Shown here: piece after piece, positions 46,098 through 58,400 of the stretch
Position numbering within the stretch: the first letter of the stretch is position 1
Layout: the number at the start of each line of letters is the position of its first letter
Assembly (NCBI GenBank): GCA_031549085.1
Contig: JAVBQL010000020.1
Coordinates: forward strand, 1,163-65,162
DNA from: Spirochaetota bacterium
Lineage (GTDB): Bacteria; Spirochaetota; GWE2-31-10; MWDO01
Reading direction: 5' to 3'
Length of the DNA: 64,000 bases
Translations under genes and position numbers: made by a program
Notes under the pieces: generated by a model
The model's database searches: none
What the model was told of the DNA's origin: nothing
What the model saw: the letters and a program-made list of their open reading frames with translations, nothing else

Positions 46098-49000
46098 ATG
46101 AGACAAAAACCTAAAAAATCTTTTTTTGTATCTGTTATGATTATATTGTTAACAATCTTCACTATTTTAGGTTGTAGTCAGGATGTTATGAATCCTCTCT
46201 TTGGTATGGGAAATAAACTCGATTCCGAATATCCAAAATTAAAAATAACCTCTCCCAAGGCTTCAAGCTTGCTTCCAAGATATTTTACAATTACTGGAAC
46301 GACAAGTGATGATATGGGTGTTGATACTCTAACCATTGTAGCGAAGAATAAGGCTGGAAATGAGGCAATAAACATCACGATGAATCCAGATAGTAAATGG
46401 TCTACAAACATTGATGCTATTGGGCTTGATGATGGTTCAAATAAGTTTATTTTTACCTTAAGAGATAAGTCTGGTAATACAGTAAGAGAAGAGTTGAGTC
46501 TAACCATAGATAAAACCGCTCCAGAGATAAAGGTCTTTAGCCCAGACCTTAGTGGGTATGCGAATGGGAATATTCCTGAAGTTAGTGGAGTACTCAATTT
46601 CTATGGGTTTGTTTCAGACTCCTACTCTGGAGTTAAGCCTAAAGACCCTGAAAATTGGATTCGTTTATATAAAGAGAGTGACCCTAGTTCGTTTCTAATA
46701 AATGAGGCGCTAGATAATGGAGATGGTTTGTGGCAAACGGATGTATCAGTAGATACTCTAACAAAGCCAGAGGGGGTCTATGTATTAGAAATTCTTTTTA
46801 AAGATAAATTGGGAAATCCACAGAATAATACTTCTCAGATATGGAAGATGAATATGAAGCAGGAGAATGATCATCCATCACTAATACTTCAAAACCCTAC
46901 TCCAGGGGCAAGTAACTCTTTTGAAACATCTGGACTCTTGCCAATATCTGGAATCGCCAAAGATAATAGAGGACTAAAGAAGGTTGATTATGTTCTTAAT
47001 AACAGCAGTGGACAACTTGCAACTCAAGGTTCACTTCCAGCATCTGGACTTCAATATGCCTTCTCAACAGTATTGAATCTAAAGAGCACCATATATGGCC
47101 CAAATGGGCTGCCCGATGATATGTATACATTGATTGTAACTGCATGGGATGAAGATTTAAGCAGGACTCCACCAATGTATTCTTCTCCCCAAGCAGTTGT
47201 AAGTATAAGTTTAAGTAATGATGTCCCATCATTTGATATTTTAACCAAAACCACTTCCCCAGTTGGGAAGACGCCAGAGGCTCTTACATACTTAAATAGC
47301 AGTTTCTATTTAACTACAAAGACATTAACATCAACTGCGGGGATGTCCTATGAAATTGTACAAAATGGGTCTGTAAAGAAAAGTGGAAGCATCGATTATA
47401 CTGGCTCTAATAATATATGTGAGACGGCTGTTCCCGTAAGCATTAGTGGGTTATCTGATGGAGCAATTGATGTCTATTTTATTGCTAGGGGAGCAAACGG
47501 AAAAGAGTATAAAGTCTCAAGAATCTACTATATAGATCAGACTCCTCCAACAGTAAAGATTATCACACCAGAACCCCCTATCGCTAGTAAACCGGGTCGC
47601 TATAATGGACCTTTGAAAATAGAGGGTAATGCCAGTGATGGAAATAGCATTGATAAAGTACATTTTAAACTATCAACAGCACCTGATATTGCGAGCTCAT
47701 GGAAACTAATGGATGGAACAAGCCACTTCTCCTACGAATATGCAACAGATGCAAATGGTGGTGATTTGGAGTCATTACATCATGTAGATAATGGAAATAC
47801 CTTTGATGTTACATTTGATGTAAGAGCAACAGATATTGCTGGAAATTATGGCTATGATCATTTGGGAATTACAATAGATCCAGAGACGGACTACCCTGTT
47901 CTCTCTCTGATATCTCCAGTTCCATTTGCACCAGGGCCAGGGAAAGATAATACTAGTGATTCAAAGTACCAAAATTTGAAGTACTCTGGAATGCTTACAA
48001 TAGCAGCTACATTAGAAGATGACGACTTTCCTCCAGCAAGTAACAGACCGCTTGTTATTGCAAGTCCAATGTCAGCGAAAGTAGAGATATTCAAATATGG
48101 GACCACTACAAAGGTGTTTTCATCACCAGAAATAAAAAACAATATGAATGTAATCCCAACCCCTCAAGATTTGTCAGCTGCACCATATGAAGATGGACAA
48201 AAATATACTATAAAAATTACAGCAAAAGATTGGCACAACATGCCAAGTAACACAATAGAGTTGGACTTTCAGGTCGATCAAAATGTTCCAAGAATCACGT
48301 TGGATAGTGTAACTGATTATCAATATAGAACTAATGAGGTCACTTTAAGCGGAGTTATTGAGGATGAGAATGAGGTAAAATCTGCTAAAATTAGTTTTAC
48401 TACTACAGGAGCTAACAAAGAAGAGACCTTTGATGTGAAGCTTACTCAAACTCAAACAGCAAATCCACCTTCTGTTCTTACCAACAAATATACATATAAC
48501 ATTGTCCTAAAAAAGGGCGGTGGACATACAGGATTTGATACAGCATTAGGGAAAAAAGCTGCAACTGCATCAGATTTGAGTTGGGGTGACAATGAGTGGG
48601 GTAATTCTCCTCAAAGATTTAGAATATCAGCAACTGACCAGACTGGGTTAGAGGGTTCTAGGATCGTAACAGTGAATATGGATAATCACACACCAAAAGT
48701 ATCTACTCTTACTACCAAGGTTGAGGGGGTTGATGTTCAGGGAACAGAGGCTATTCCTTACCTTTTGAAAAACGATAGTAATGGTAATGTAACTATATAT
48801 GGAACAGCAAGTGATCTGCCAAGCGCAGGAGTTGTCTATCCTTTAGGACTCACAAACAATATAAGGATAACAAGAGCGGTTAAAAACGCTGGCAGTTTTA
48901 TAAATGAAACTGAAGTAAAGCCTTATGGTGACAATTGTGTAGAGGGGAGCGGATTTTCAATAACTGGTACCTTCGCTTCATTCACTATGGGATGGCGTCC

Positions 49001-52000
49001 TCCAGCAGGTTTTCTTGATGGAGTATATAGAATAAACGTATATGCAAAAGATAATGCTCTTAATGAGACTACTATTATTACTGATGGGGCAGGAAAAAAT
49101 GTTGGTACTTTTGTGCTACAGCTTGATCAAAATCCTCCATATATAACAGATGTTTCCCTTGTATACCCAACTTCTAATCAGGTTGCTTATACTGGGAAAA
49201 TAAAATACAAAGTAACAGCACAAGATTCTGGAAATATATCTGATACAAATAATGGAATAGTAAAATTGGAGATGTATGTTGATAATGAGACATCTCCTCG
49301 CGGGACTCAATCTTATACACCAGCCGATAACAGTGCAGTATCACATACTTTTGAGCTGGATACATCACTGTTTCCAGATAATGTGGAGCATGTTCTAAAA
49401 TTTGTGGCAACTGATAAAATTACCCTTAACAAAGTTATTGCATATAGCCCTGCTATGATTTTTGATAATAGCGCACCAAAGATCTCTGAAATTGCTTTTC
49501 ATACAAAAGACTATGTTGATAGTAGTGGAAAACCAAAGAATATTAGTGCCTACTCATCATATTTGACTATGGATATAACAATAGAAGATGATTTTGGAAT
49601 TGACACATCAAAAAAACCTGATGTTATACTTACAGCAAAACGAAAATCAGGCTCTAGTGTTCTGCCTGCACTTCTACCAATATCTTTGGATTCTCAACTA
49701 TTTAACCTTAATAGTACATATTATCAGGTGACAGATAAAAAGTATACAATGAGCTATTCAGTTCCAATTGATCTATTTGAGATTCTTGCTGCTAACTATG
49801 ACGAATATGACAAACTTACAATGAAAATATTTGTTCAAGATAGGGTTGGGATTGGAACATATTATACATATGATACAGATACTAATACAATTATAAGTGT
49901 AGTTGAAGCACCGGGCTCTAATGCAACAGTAGCCAACATAATAAAACCAACAAATACAGATCTAAAGACATATATTAATAGAGGAGATGGTGTAACTTTA
50001 ACTGTCGGCAAGCCAGACTACTCCTATATAGGTCCAAATAATGATGATGATGATGCCAATACTACTCAGGTTAAGATCGCGATAGGTGGTTCTGGCGCTG
50101 GTGGAACAGAAAGGAAGTTGTTTGTAGAGATTGATGGAACAACAACAAAGACTATTCCACTAACAACAGCGAATCCTTTCTCTACATATTTGACATTAAA
50201 CCCAGGAGAGATAGCTGACGGAATTCACACCTTTAAGTTTAGACTAATTGCAGGTGAGGGTATTCAAAAAGAGCTTACTAAAACTTTCTATATAGATACA
50301 ACAGCACCAACATTGGTTATAACATCTGTAGCCGCAGTGCCTGACAGTGGATATGTAAATGGTAGTAATATCTCTGGAAAAGTTAGAATAAGTGGAACCT
50401 ATGAAGATGCACATATGGGCAGTATGAGTATTGCACAGGCAGATATAAAATTATCCCTTGATGGAGCAGTAGTCCCTGTTGACTCTGCAAATATTGATAA
50501 TGCAACAGGCGGGGCGTGGATCTTTACATATGATTGGGATACTGAGGGAACAGGTTTGGCTGCTTTAGTAAAAAATAGTATTCAAATATTTGCAACAGCT
50601 AAAGACCTGACAGATAATAAGGGACAAAGTGCAAACGCTGTTAAAAATATTGTGCCATATATTACCGATATAGTAGGAAACACAGCAAAAGATCTTGTTT
50701 ATCCTGTTAGAAGTTACAATGGAACTATTTGGGCGAACCATAATTTGGAGTTCAGCACCAATAGAAAGCAGCAAGGAGTTACAACTGGTGTGCAAATACA
50801 AATTCGTGGTTATAACCTTAAGGGAAGCGGGAACACAACTGTTTCACTTGCAGGAACAGCTCTTACTGTTGAGAGCAGTACAAAACAGAGTGTTGTTGCT
50901 CGTCTTGCACCTACTACATCTATATCAGGTACTGTGGTTCTAACAGCTATTGGGAGTAATACAACTCAAGCAAATAGTGCAACCCTATATGTATGGGAAG
51001 GGAATAGAGTAGGTGGTGGATATGCTACTAATGATCCTGGATTTATAGACATGGATTTAGACAATTTCGGAAAGGCTGTTTTCTCATACTATAGAAATCA
51101 TAAAGTAAGTGGGTATGAGTCCGATGACTATGCAACATATAGGATAAAAGAGGAAGAGCCCACTGCTTATAGAACAATTAATATGGTAGACCCATGTTTC
51201 TTTTCTAGTGTTGTTTTTATCCCAGGAAATACAGGATATTCAACAAGAGATGGGCGTGGACAGTTATTTATTGCAAGTTGTATAGATGAGTGGGGAACAC
51301 CATCTTATACTTTCTTTGTGGAGATGGATTATACCTTTAATATAGGAGATACAGTTTTTCAATCTACAAGTGGGAATAGTGGTTCTCCTACTCAAACTGG
51401 TCGATGGAAAGTTGGTTTGAATAAATCTGGCTCATCTTTAAACACAGCTAAATATGGTTCTATGAGCTATTATATAAATGGCAATGGGATGAGATATATA
51501 TACACATCAATTTATGATGATGATTCAAGAGAAACAGGCCCTAACCCAAGAATTTTGATTGATGTTACTGGTCTTGGGACTGGCGGTACCAACACTGGAA
51601 CTCCACATAACCTTACAATAAAACAAACACAAGCAGCTGGAGATATCCTATTCCCAGCTACTGATGTTGATGTTACTAATGGTGGTAATTTAATCTATTC
51701 ATATGCTACTAAAAATAATGGTTTAAAGTTGGGTAGCATAGCATGTACCACAACGGCTAGTTTGGGTGCTGGTCTTGTAACTCCTTCACTTACAGGAACT
51801 GAATATACTACAAGTGTAGACAGTGCAGGAAATGGACAAGATAACAGCTTGGTTAGTAGATATTATACTTCTGCGGGAGCATATGCTAATGCCAGCAGTG
51901 TGCATGTTGCATACCAAACAACTGATGGTAGTTTAAAATATGCCTATGTTACAGGATATGATGGTTCATCTCCAGTAGTTAATAAAGCAACATTAGAGCT

Positions 52001-52310
52001 ATATTCTAATGAGGGATTGACTGGGGGGCAAACTGCGATAGATTTGGATAAAACCCAAAAACCTCATATAACTTATCTAAACAAGAGTAAGATTAATACA
52101 AAAGAGGCATTAAGATATGCTTTCTATACAGGAACTGCAAATAGTGCAACTGAATTATCAGACCCTTCAAAGTGGAAATATATGGTTGTTCCAAGTGAAG
52201 TAATGGTTAATTTGGAGAGAACGAGAGTAAGAGCTCCATATAGTGGTGAAAACAAGGTAGTTGTTGGATATAGAGGAGAGAACTTTATATATATAATAAA
52301 ATTGAAATAA
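46098..52310 (+). CDS. Giant (2070 aa) lipoprotein with Ig-like module array, IPT/TIG-like domain and C-terminal beta-propeller-like region
   Basis: AAGGAG lies 8 nt upstream. Lipobox FTILGC. Modules include IDKTAPEIKVFSPDLSG and IDQTPPTVKIITPEPP...GNASDGNSIDKVHFKL. C-terminal repeats include VHVAYQTTDGSLKYAYVTG and KPHITYLNKSKINTKEALRYAFYTG. Confidence 0.9.
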   Translation: MRQKPKKSFFVSVMIILLTIFTILGCSQDVMNPLFGMGNKLDSEYPKLKITSPKASSLLPRYFTITGTTSDDMGVDTLTIVAKNKAGNEAINITMNPDSKWSTNIDAIGLDDGSNKFIFTLRDKSGNTVREELSLTIDKTAPEIKVFSPDLSGYANGNIPEVSGVLNFYGFVSDSYSGVKPKDPENWIRLYKESDPSSFLINEALDNGDGLWQTDVSVDTLTKPEGVYVLEILFKDKLGNPQNNTSQIWKMNMKQENDHPSLILQNPTPGASNSFETSGLLPISGIAKDNRGLKKVDYVLNNSSGQLATQGSLPASGLQYAFSTVLNLKSTIYGPNGLPDDMYTLIVTAWDEDLSRTPPMYSSPQAVVSISLSNDVPSFDILTKTTSPVGKTPEALTYLNSSFYLTTKTLTSTAGMSYEIVQNGSVKKSGSIDYTGSNNICETAVPVSISGLSDGAIDVYFIARGANGKEYKVSRIYYIDQTPPTVKIITPEPPIASKPGRYNGPLKIEGNASDGNSIDKVHFKLSTAPDIASSWKLMDGTSHFSYEYATDANGGDLESLHHVDNGNTFDVTFDVRATDIAGNYGYDHLGITIDPETDYPVLSLISPVPFAPGPGKDNTSDSKYQNLKYSGMLTIAATLEDDDFPPASNRPLVIASPMSAKVEIFKYGTTTKVFSSPEIKNNMNVIPTPQDLSAAPYEDGQKYTIKITAKDWHNMPSNTIELDFQVDQNVPRITLDSVTDYQYRTNEVTLSGVIEDENEVKSAKISFTTTGANKEETFDVKLTQTQTANPPSVLTNKYTYNIVLKKGGGHTGFDTALGKKAATASDLSWGDNEWGNSPQRFRISATDQTGLEGSRIVTVNMDNHTPKVSTLTTKVEGVDVQGTEAIPYLLKNDSNGNVTIYGTASDLPSAGVVYPLGLTNNIRITRAVKNAGSFINETEVKPYGDNCVEGSGFSITGTFASFTMGWRPPAGFLDGVYRINVYAKDNALNETTIITDGAGKNVGTFVLQLDQNPPYITDVSLVYPTSNQVAYTGKIKYKVTAQDSGNISDTNNGIVKLEMYVDNETSPRGTQSYTPADNSAVSHTFELDTSLFPDNVEHVLKFVATDKITLNKVIAYSPAMIFDNSAPKISEIAFHTKDYVDSSGKPKNISAYSSYLTMDITIEDDFGIDTSKKPDVILTAKRKSGSSVLPALLPISLDSQLFNLNSTYYQVTDKKYTMSYSVPIDLFEILAANYDEYDKLTMKIFVQDRVGIGTYYTYDTDTNTIISVVEAPGSNATVANIIKPTNTDLKTYINRGDGVTLTVGKPDYSYIGPNNDDDDANTTQVKIAIGGSGAGGTERKLFVEIDGTTTKTIPLTTANPFSTYLTLNPGEIADGIHTFKFRLIAGEGIQKELTKTFYIDTTAPTLVITSVAAVPDSGYVNGSNISGKVRISGTYEDAHMGSMSIAQADIKLSLDGAVVPVDSANIDNATGGAWIFTYDWDTEGTGLAALVKNSIQIFATAKDLTDNKGQSANAVKNIVPYITDIVGNTAKDLVYPVRSYNGTIWANHNLEFSTNRKQQGVTTGVQIQIRGYNLKGSGNTTVSLAGTALTVESSTKQSVVARLAPTTSISGTVVLTAIGSNTTQANSATLYVWEGNRVGGGYATNDPGFIDMDLDNFGKAVFSYYRNHKVSGYESDDYATYRIKEEEPTAYRTINMVDPCFFSSVVFIPGNTGYSTRDGRGQLFIASCIDEWGTPSYTFFVEMDYTFNIGDTVFQSTSGNSGSPTQTGRWKVGLNKSGSSLNTAKYGSMSYYINGNGMRYIYTSIYDDDSRETGPNPRILIDVTGLGTGGTNTGTPHNLTIKQTQAAGDILFPATDVDVTNGGNLIYSYATKNNGLKLGSIACTTTASLGAGLVTPSLTGTEYTTSVDSAGNGQDNSLVSRYYTSAGAYANASSVHVAYQTTDGSLKYAYVTGYDGSSPVVNKATLELYSNEGLTGGQTAIDLDKTQKPHITYLNKSKINTKEALRYAFYTGTANSATELSDPSKWKYMVVPSEVMVNLERTRVRAPYSGENKVVVGYRGENFIYIIKLK

Positions 52311-52444
52311 TATCATAGAGGATTTATTGTATGCTCTGCTCTACAAAATAGTAGGGAGCGAAGAAATATAAAAAAAAGAAGTTTTAAGTAAAATGTGTTT
52401 TATAAAGAAGTTGTTTATTGTCTCTATTTTTGAGGAGGTTTATT

Positions 52445-55400
52445 TTGAAAAATAGATTTTTAACTAAAGGAATATGGCTTTTTGTCATAATTATTATATC
52501 TACTGTTTTTTTTACTACATGTGAAAACCCAACAAATGCATTTTTGGGAACAGGGAACCCAGCAGATACAGAACCTCCAAAACTTTCAATAACTTCGCAT
52601 AAAGATAGAGACTTGGTAAGCGGAGATATAGTTATCTCAGGTATTGCAACAGATGATATTCTTATTAAAGAGGTAAGATTATACTCATATATAGATAATG
52701 CAAGACAACTATTGCAAACAACAACAGTTGGTTGGGATCATGCATGGTCATTCCTATTAAATACAAGAGTGTTTGCAGATGGAACAAACATATTTGTTGT
52801 AGAGGCTATTGATGTTGCAACGCCTTCAAACCTTGCAGCAGAAAATCTTATATTAAGATTGGATAACTATGGTCCAACAGTTGTAATTAATAGTCCAAAC
52901 AATTCGACTGGCACACAGATGGGGCCTTTTTCTGTTGATCTTACATTGGTAAGTGTTAGGAACACCACTGAAGTAGAGTGGGAAGTATATGCAAAAAATG
53001 ATGAGTCCATAAAAATTTCTGGAACACGTTCAAATAGTGGAGTGGCTCTAGCTACCCCAGATAAATTTGGATACTCATTTATATTATCAGAGATTGTAGA
53101 AATATCTGGCAAAGTTGGCCCTGTCTATCCTGATGGATTTTTTGTGGGAGATATTGTTTTAAGAGTAAGAGCTAAAGATGATAAGGACAGATATTCGAAA
53201 GAGTGGACTGAGAAAGTAGTTGCTTTAAATTTTGACTCATACAAACCAGTTGTTTATATTAGCACACCGGTTGCAACAACTTCTGGAACGGCGAATACAT
53301 ATGGGGGCTCTGGAATAACTGCAACTGGGATGGTAACAAGTGACGCTCAATTGAAAGAACTTATTTTAGAGTTATCTTTCGCTAGTTCATCTACACACTA
53401 TGATGTAACAATAGATCTATCAGCGGACTCTTCTCCTGTAGAATTTAGATATCTTATAAGTGAAAAGTTGGGGGCACCAGGTTCACCTATTGAAGATGGT
53501 ACCTACAAAGTGAGAGGAAAAGCTTTTACAATGGGCGGAGTTGAGAGTGTATATACTCCATATTACTATTTTACGATAGACTCAAACTATCCTTCAGTTA
53601 CTTTCTCAAATCCTCAAGGAGGCTCTTGGGATAAGGGAGATGTGACTGTAATGGGGAATGCTACCGTTGGAGGAGGTGGAACTCTCTCCTCTGTTGCATA
53701 TAGTATTAATAATGCAAACGGTCCTTGGACACCTCTATCTCTAGGAGCTGGAGGTTCATTCTCTATTTTGGTTAATGGTGGGACTCTTATTAAGAGTGAG
53801 GTTATTGTCTATGTAAAGGCAATGAGGGGATCTGACTCAACAACAGGAGTATTGATATTTAATATTGATAATATAAGTCCAATAGTTAAAATACTGAAGC
53901 CAGGAACATCCGACACAGGTTTAAATCAAGTAATTACTGTTGAAGGGACAGCATCTGACACTGCTGATAGTCTTGGAGCAAAAGGAACAGTTAATAGTAT
54001 AAAAGCAGAAATAAAGAGGGCAGGAGATCTAAACTTTAGTGATCTTGTTGGTGTTACAATAAATGGAACAGAGAATTGGTATTTTAATTTTGATACAAGT
54101 TCATATGGTATAAATGGGAATGAGGATGTAACAATTAGAATTACTGGAACTGATCGTGTTGGAAACAGCAGCAGTGTTACTCAAGTTCTACATATAAATC
54201 AATTGGCAGATATTCCTTGGGTTGCGATAGATGAGACAAGCTTGTCTAATGGCAATGATAAATTATATGGGCTAATAACAGTAACAGGAGGCTCATTTGA
54301 TGATGATGGAGTTAGGGCTGTATATACTAAAGTTGTGCCATTAGGTGCTGATGTACTAGCTCATAGCTATACCACAGGATGGAGTGATAGTGATACATAT
54401 AAGTGGGAGAGAGCAAGTGGCACAACAGAGTGGTCAGCTAGAATAAATTGTGTTAATTATGCTCAAGGAGATCATATTTTATATGCATGTGCTTTAGATA
54501 TAAATGGCAAAGAATCATATTTTAGAAATGATATATCTTATAGATCACTTGGACCGGCTCCAGCTAACAAGCCTAGCCGTGACAAAGTTCCTTTTAGAGT
54601 AGATCCAAATAAACCAGTAGTTAGTTTTTATCTTGAACCGCCAACATCTAGTTCTGCGCCTCTTGAAAAAGATCATACTGTCTATGTTAAAACTAACTCT
54701 ATACTATATGGTAAAGCAACAAAAACCAATGGAGTTATTCAGAAGCTAGAGTTTATAATATCTGGAACAAATAGAATTGGTGGAGGAGCTCTGCCATTGT
54801 CCTATGCAATTGATAGTAATAGTGCACCTGTTGGAAGTGGGATAACAATAAGTGGAATGGGAACAGCAACAGTTAGCTTTACTTATACAGTTGCAACATC
54901 AATGTTTGCTGATGGTGATGTAGATATTTTGGTAAGAGCCACCGATGATGGAAAAAAGATAGATGGACAATCAGTTATATTCCAAGTTGATACTGTTGTT
55001 CCTATAGTAAAACTTATACAGCCTCTTGCAGGACATGTTCAGTTAAGCCAATATTTCGTTCTATCTGGTTCATCAGAAGATGCCCCTCCATCTAGTGGAT
55101 TGCTTAACACAGATGGTAAAGTGGTTTTTACACACACTAATACAGGAGAATCGTTTACATATATTACACCAATTCCAAGCCCTGTAAATGAGTGGACATT
55201 CAATGATCCTCTACAATCGAGCGTTAAAGATGGTCTATACACAATAACATTTACACAAGCAGATCGGGCAGGAAACTCGTCATCAACAAGTGTTACTAAT
55301 GTTAGATTGGCTAGATATCCAGCATATATTAATACTGGGGCTATAAATGGAGATACACTTCGAAATGGTGTATCAATCAAAAGAAATTCTACATATACTT

Positions 55401-58400
55401 TTAATCTTAAAGAAGATTCTGTTAATGATCAATATCCAGGCTTTAAAGAGATGAAAGTCTATCTATATGATCAAAATACTATTACAAATTATAGTGATTC
55501 AAGCCTTGTTCTATTGAACACAAAAACATGGACACAACCTAATACAGACACCAGTGCTACTCATGAGTTTACATATAATTATACAAGCTCACCCTCCTCC
55601 CCTCCAAAATATTTGATAGTAGAACTAACAGATAGGGCGGGCTATACAGCTAAAAAAGCCTATGATGTAAAGGTAGACTTTGTAGACCCTGTACATCAAT
55701 TTAAACTTACATCAGTTAAAGGGACACAGCCTCCAACAACAGTAATGCTTAACAATGGAAGTGGGGCTGGATATAGCAGCAGTTTATGGATTAAATTAGA
55801 TGCAATAGATAAAGATGGGGTTATTGCTCCGGGAATTAATGATCAGGACATGAGTGCTGCACAGATCTCTGTTGCACTTAGTTCTTATGCAACAGATCCT
55901 GCTGCAGATGCCTATACAACTATTAGAATGGGGGACTACTTTAAGAGGGATACGAAAGTTTACCATCAAAATGTTACTGGTGATACAAACTATTATCTTC
56001 ACTATAAGATCCCAGATCCTGCAGGAAATATTGCTAAAGGATATATAATATTAAAGAGAGAAACAAATCTTCCACAATTTAATTCTGTTCTTATTAATGG
56101 AGATACATACTCAAGCGCCACATTAGAGGAGACTATTGCTGGAACTAAACAACCAAAAACTATCTGGACTAAGAGTTTAAATATAACAGGAACAATTACT
56201 GTCCCTTCAGGGAACACATTGTCATCTGTGATTTTCTCAAAATTGGAATTCAATAGAGCAGATCACATAAATGATATTGCTACTGATAGCAGCGGAAATG
56301 TTGCAACAGGAAATAATTTTTCATATACAATTCCAGCTATCAGTGATACAGAGGGAAATGTTCATACAATTACTGCACTTGCAACATTAAATAATAATGT
56401 CAACTGGGATCAAACCATCGCATTTATATATGACAATGTTCCTCCAGTAATAAATAGTCTTAAGATAAAAGAGATCCCTAACAGTAATGATGGAAGGGTA
56501 TTTACATTAGATAGCAATAGAGTCCCTACAACAGTGGTTGCAGAATTAGATTCACAAAATGCTAGGATTTCAGGAAAAGTGCGTATTTTTGGAACATTCA
56601 GTGATAATTTGGGAGCAAAACAACCTGTATCAGATTTCAAATTGACTGTAAGTATTGATGGTACTGACTACCTTGTTCCTTCTCTAAATATAGAGAAAGA
56701 CCCTAGCGATAGTGATAAAAAATCATTCACATTCTACTTTGATTATGATTCAGCACTCTTTGGTTCTGTTAAAAAAGATGTTCAGGTAAGAGTGAAATTA
56801 GCAGATAAGGCAAAAAATGAGGCAACACCAAAAGCACTTAAAGTTAATATCGCTCCATATCTTCTATCGATTACAACAAATAGTGCTGTACAAGATGTAA
56901 GAAAATATAAGCAAAGTACAGACTCTTGGGAAAATATTAATGATAATATGAGATACTCATATAGAATTGATAGTGGGAGCATAACTGTAAAGGGCTTTAA
57001 CCTATATAGCCCTAGTTTTGTCCTAACATATGTTAGGGATGTTGATTCTGCTACAAGGACAATAACACCTACTACAAGAACAGATACCAGTATAACATTT
57101 AATCCGAGACCAGACTCGTTAACATATGATAGTAATTTGAAGAGTGGATATTTCTATATAACAACTGGAGCAGAGGCTTTAGAGACAAACAAAAAAGTTC
57201 TATATATATTTGATAACTATGGTGCAACTTCATATGATATGTTCGCAGATGAGCAGGACATGGTGATAGATCCATACAAAAATAGTGATAATCCTCTTGC
57301 AGTATTTGTATTGCAGAAACACTATCAAAATAATACTGCTCATCAAATTAAATCTAGATATTATCGTAGAGATAATTTTGCTTCTGGAGCGCAATCACAA
57401 ATACAAGGTTCAGGTCTATATAGAGGCTACGAAACAGATGTTGGCACTTTTTTAACTCTTGATGGGAACACAGATGGAGTTCTTGGTGTTGGCAAGGCCG
57501 GCTATAATTATATAACTCATGGATTTAATAGATATTGGTTTACAACAATAGCAAGAGACCCCTATTATACAACTGCTCTTCAAGTAAGTAATGGACAAAA
57601 AGACTCTGTTTATTATTTATACACATCTGATACAGAAAATATTGCTGGCAGTACGAGAGGAGCATTCGTATCTGGAAGTAGAGATTATTGGAATAGAATG
57701 GGAGACAACCCTTATAATTTTGCTGATAGTAATAACAAATATACAATAGCAGAGTTTAGCTGGTATGCGGACACAAATACTCCTATATTTATGCCAGTAA
57801 ATGACTGGTGGGATGCCGCTGATGGAACTCCTAGCCCAAGTTTGGGGGTAGGTAAGACCAAATTTTTAAGAAATGCTTGGAGAACAGGTGCTGTTGACTG
57901 GAATAATACTAATGGCACTGGAACAGATGATGGAACTCTTAGTAAAGACTGGTCCACTGTATGGGGGGACGTGGTTGCATATAAAGATAATATTTATACA
58001 GCTGGATATAATGCATCTTTATTGAAGACTACATATAGGAGAATTAAAAATCAAAATACAAACTCGCCTAAATATCCAGAAGTTAATCCGTTAGATCTTG
58101 GTTTTGCTGGAGAACAACCAACAATAGCTGTTGATCCAAGAAAGGCTGGAAATGCATCAACAGAGAATAGTGCCGCTTATATTGTTGGGGTGGATAATAG
58201 TAATAATGGAGCGGTGAAGCTTGCAAAGGTAACAAATGATTTGCTTGCTACAAGCAACTCAGAAAATGTAACTGTTCTTGGTAGTTCTGGAGGCTATCCA
58301 TCTATAGCAATTAGTGATGTAGGAATAATTCATCTTGTTTATCAAGATATTGGAGAGGGGACTATAAAATATACAAGATTTTCTGCAGATAATTGGAGTA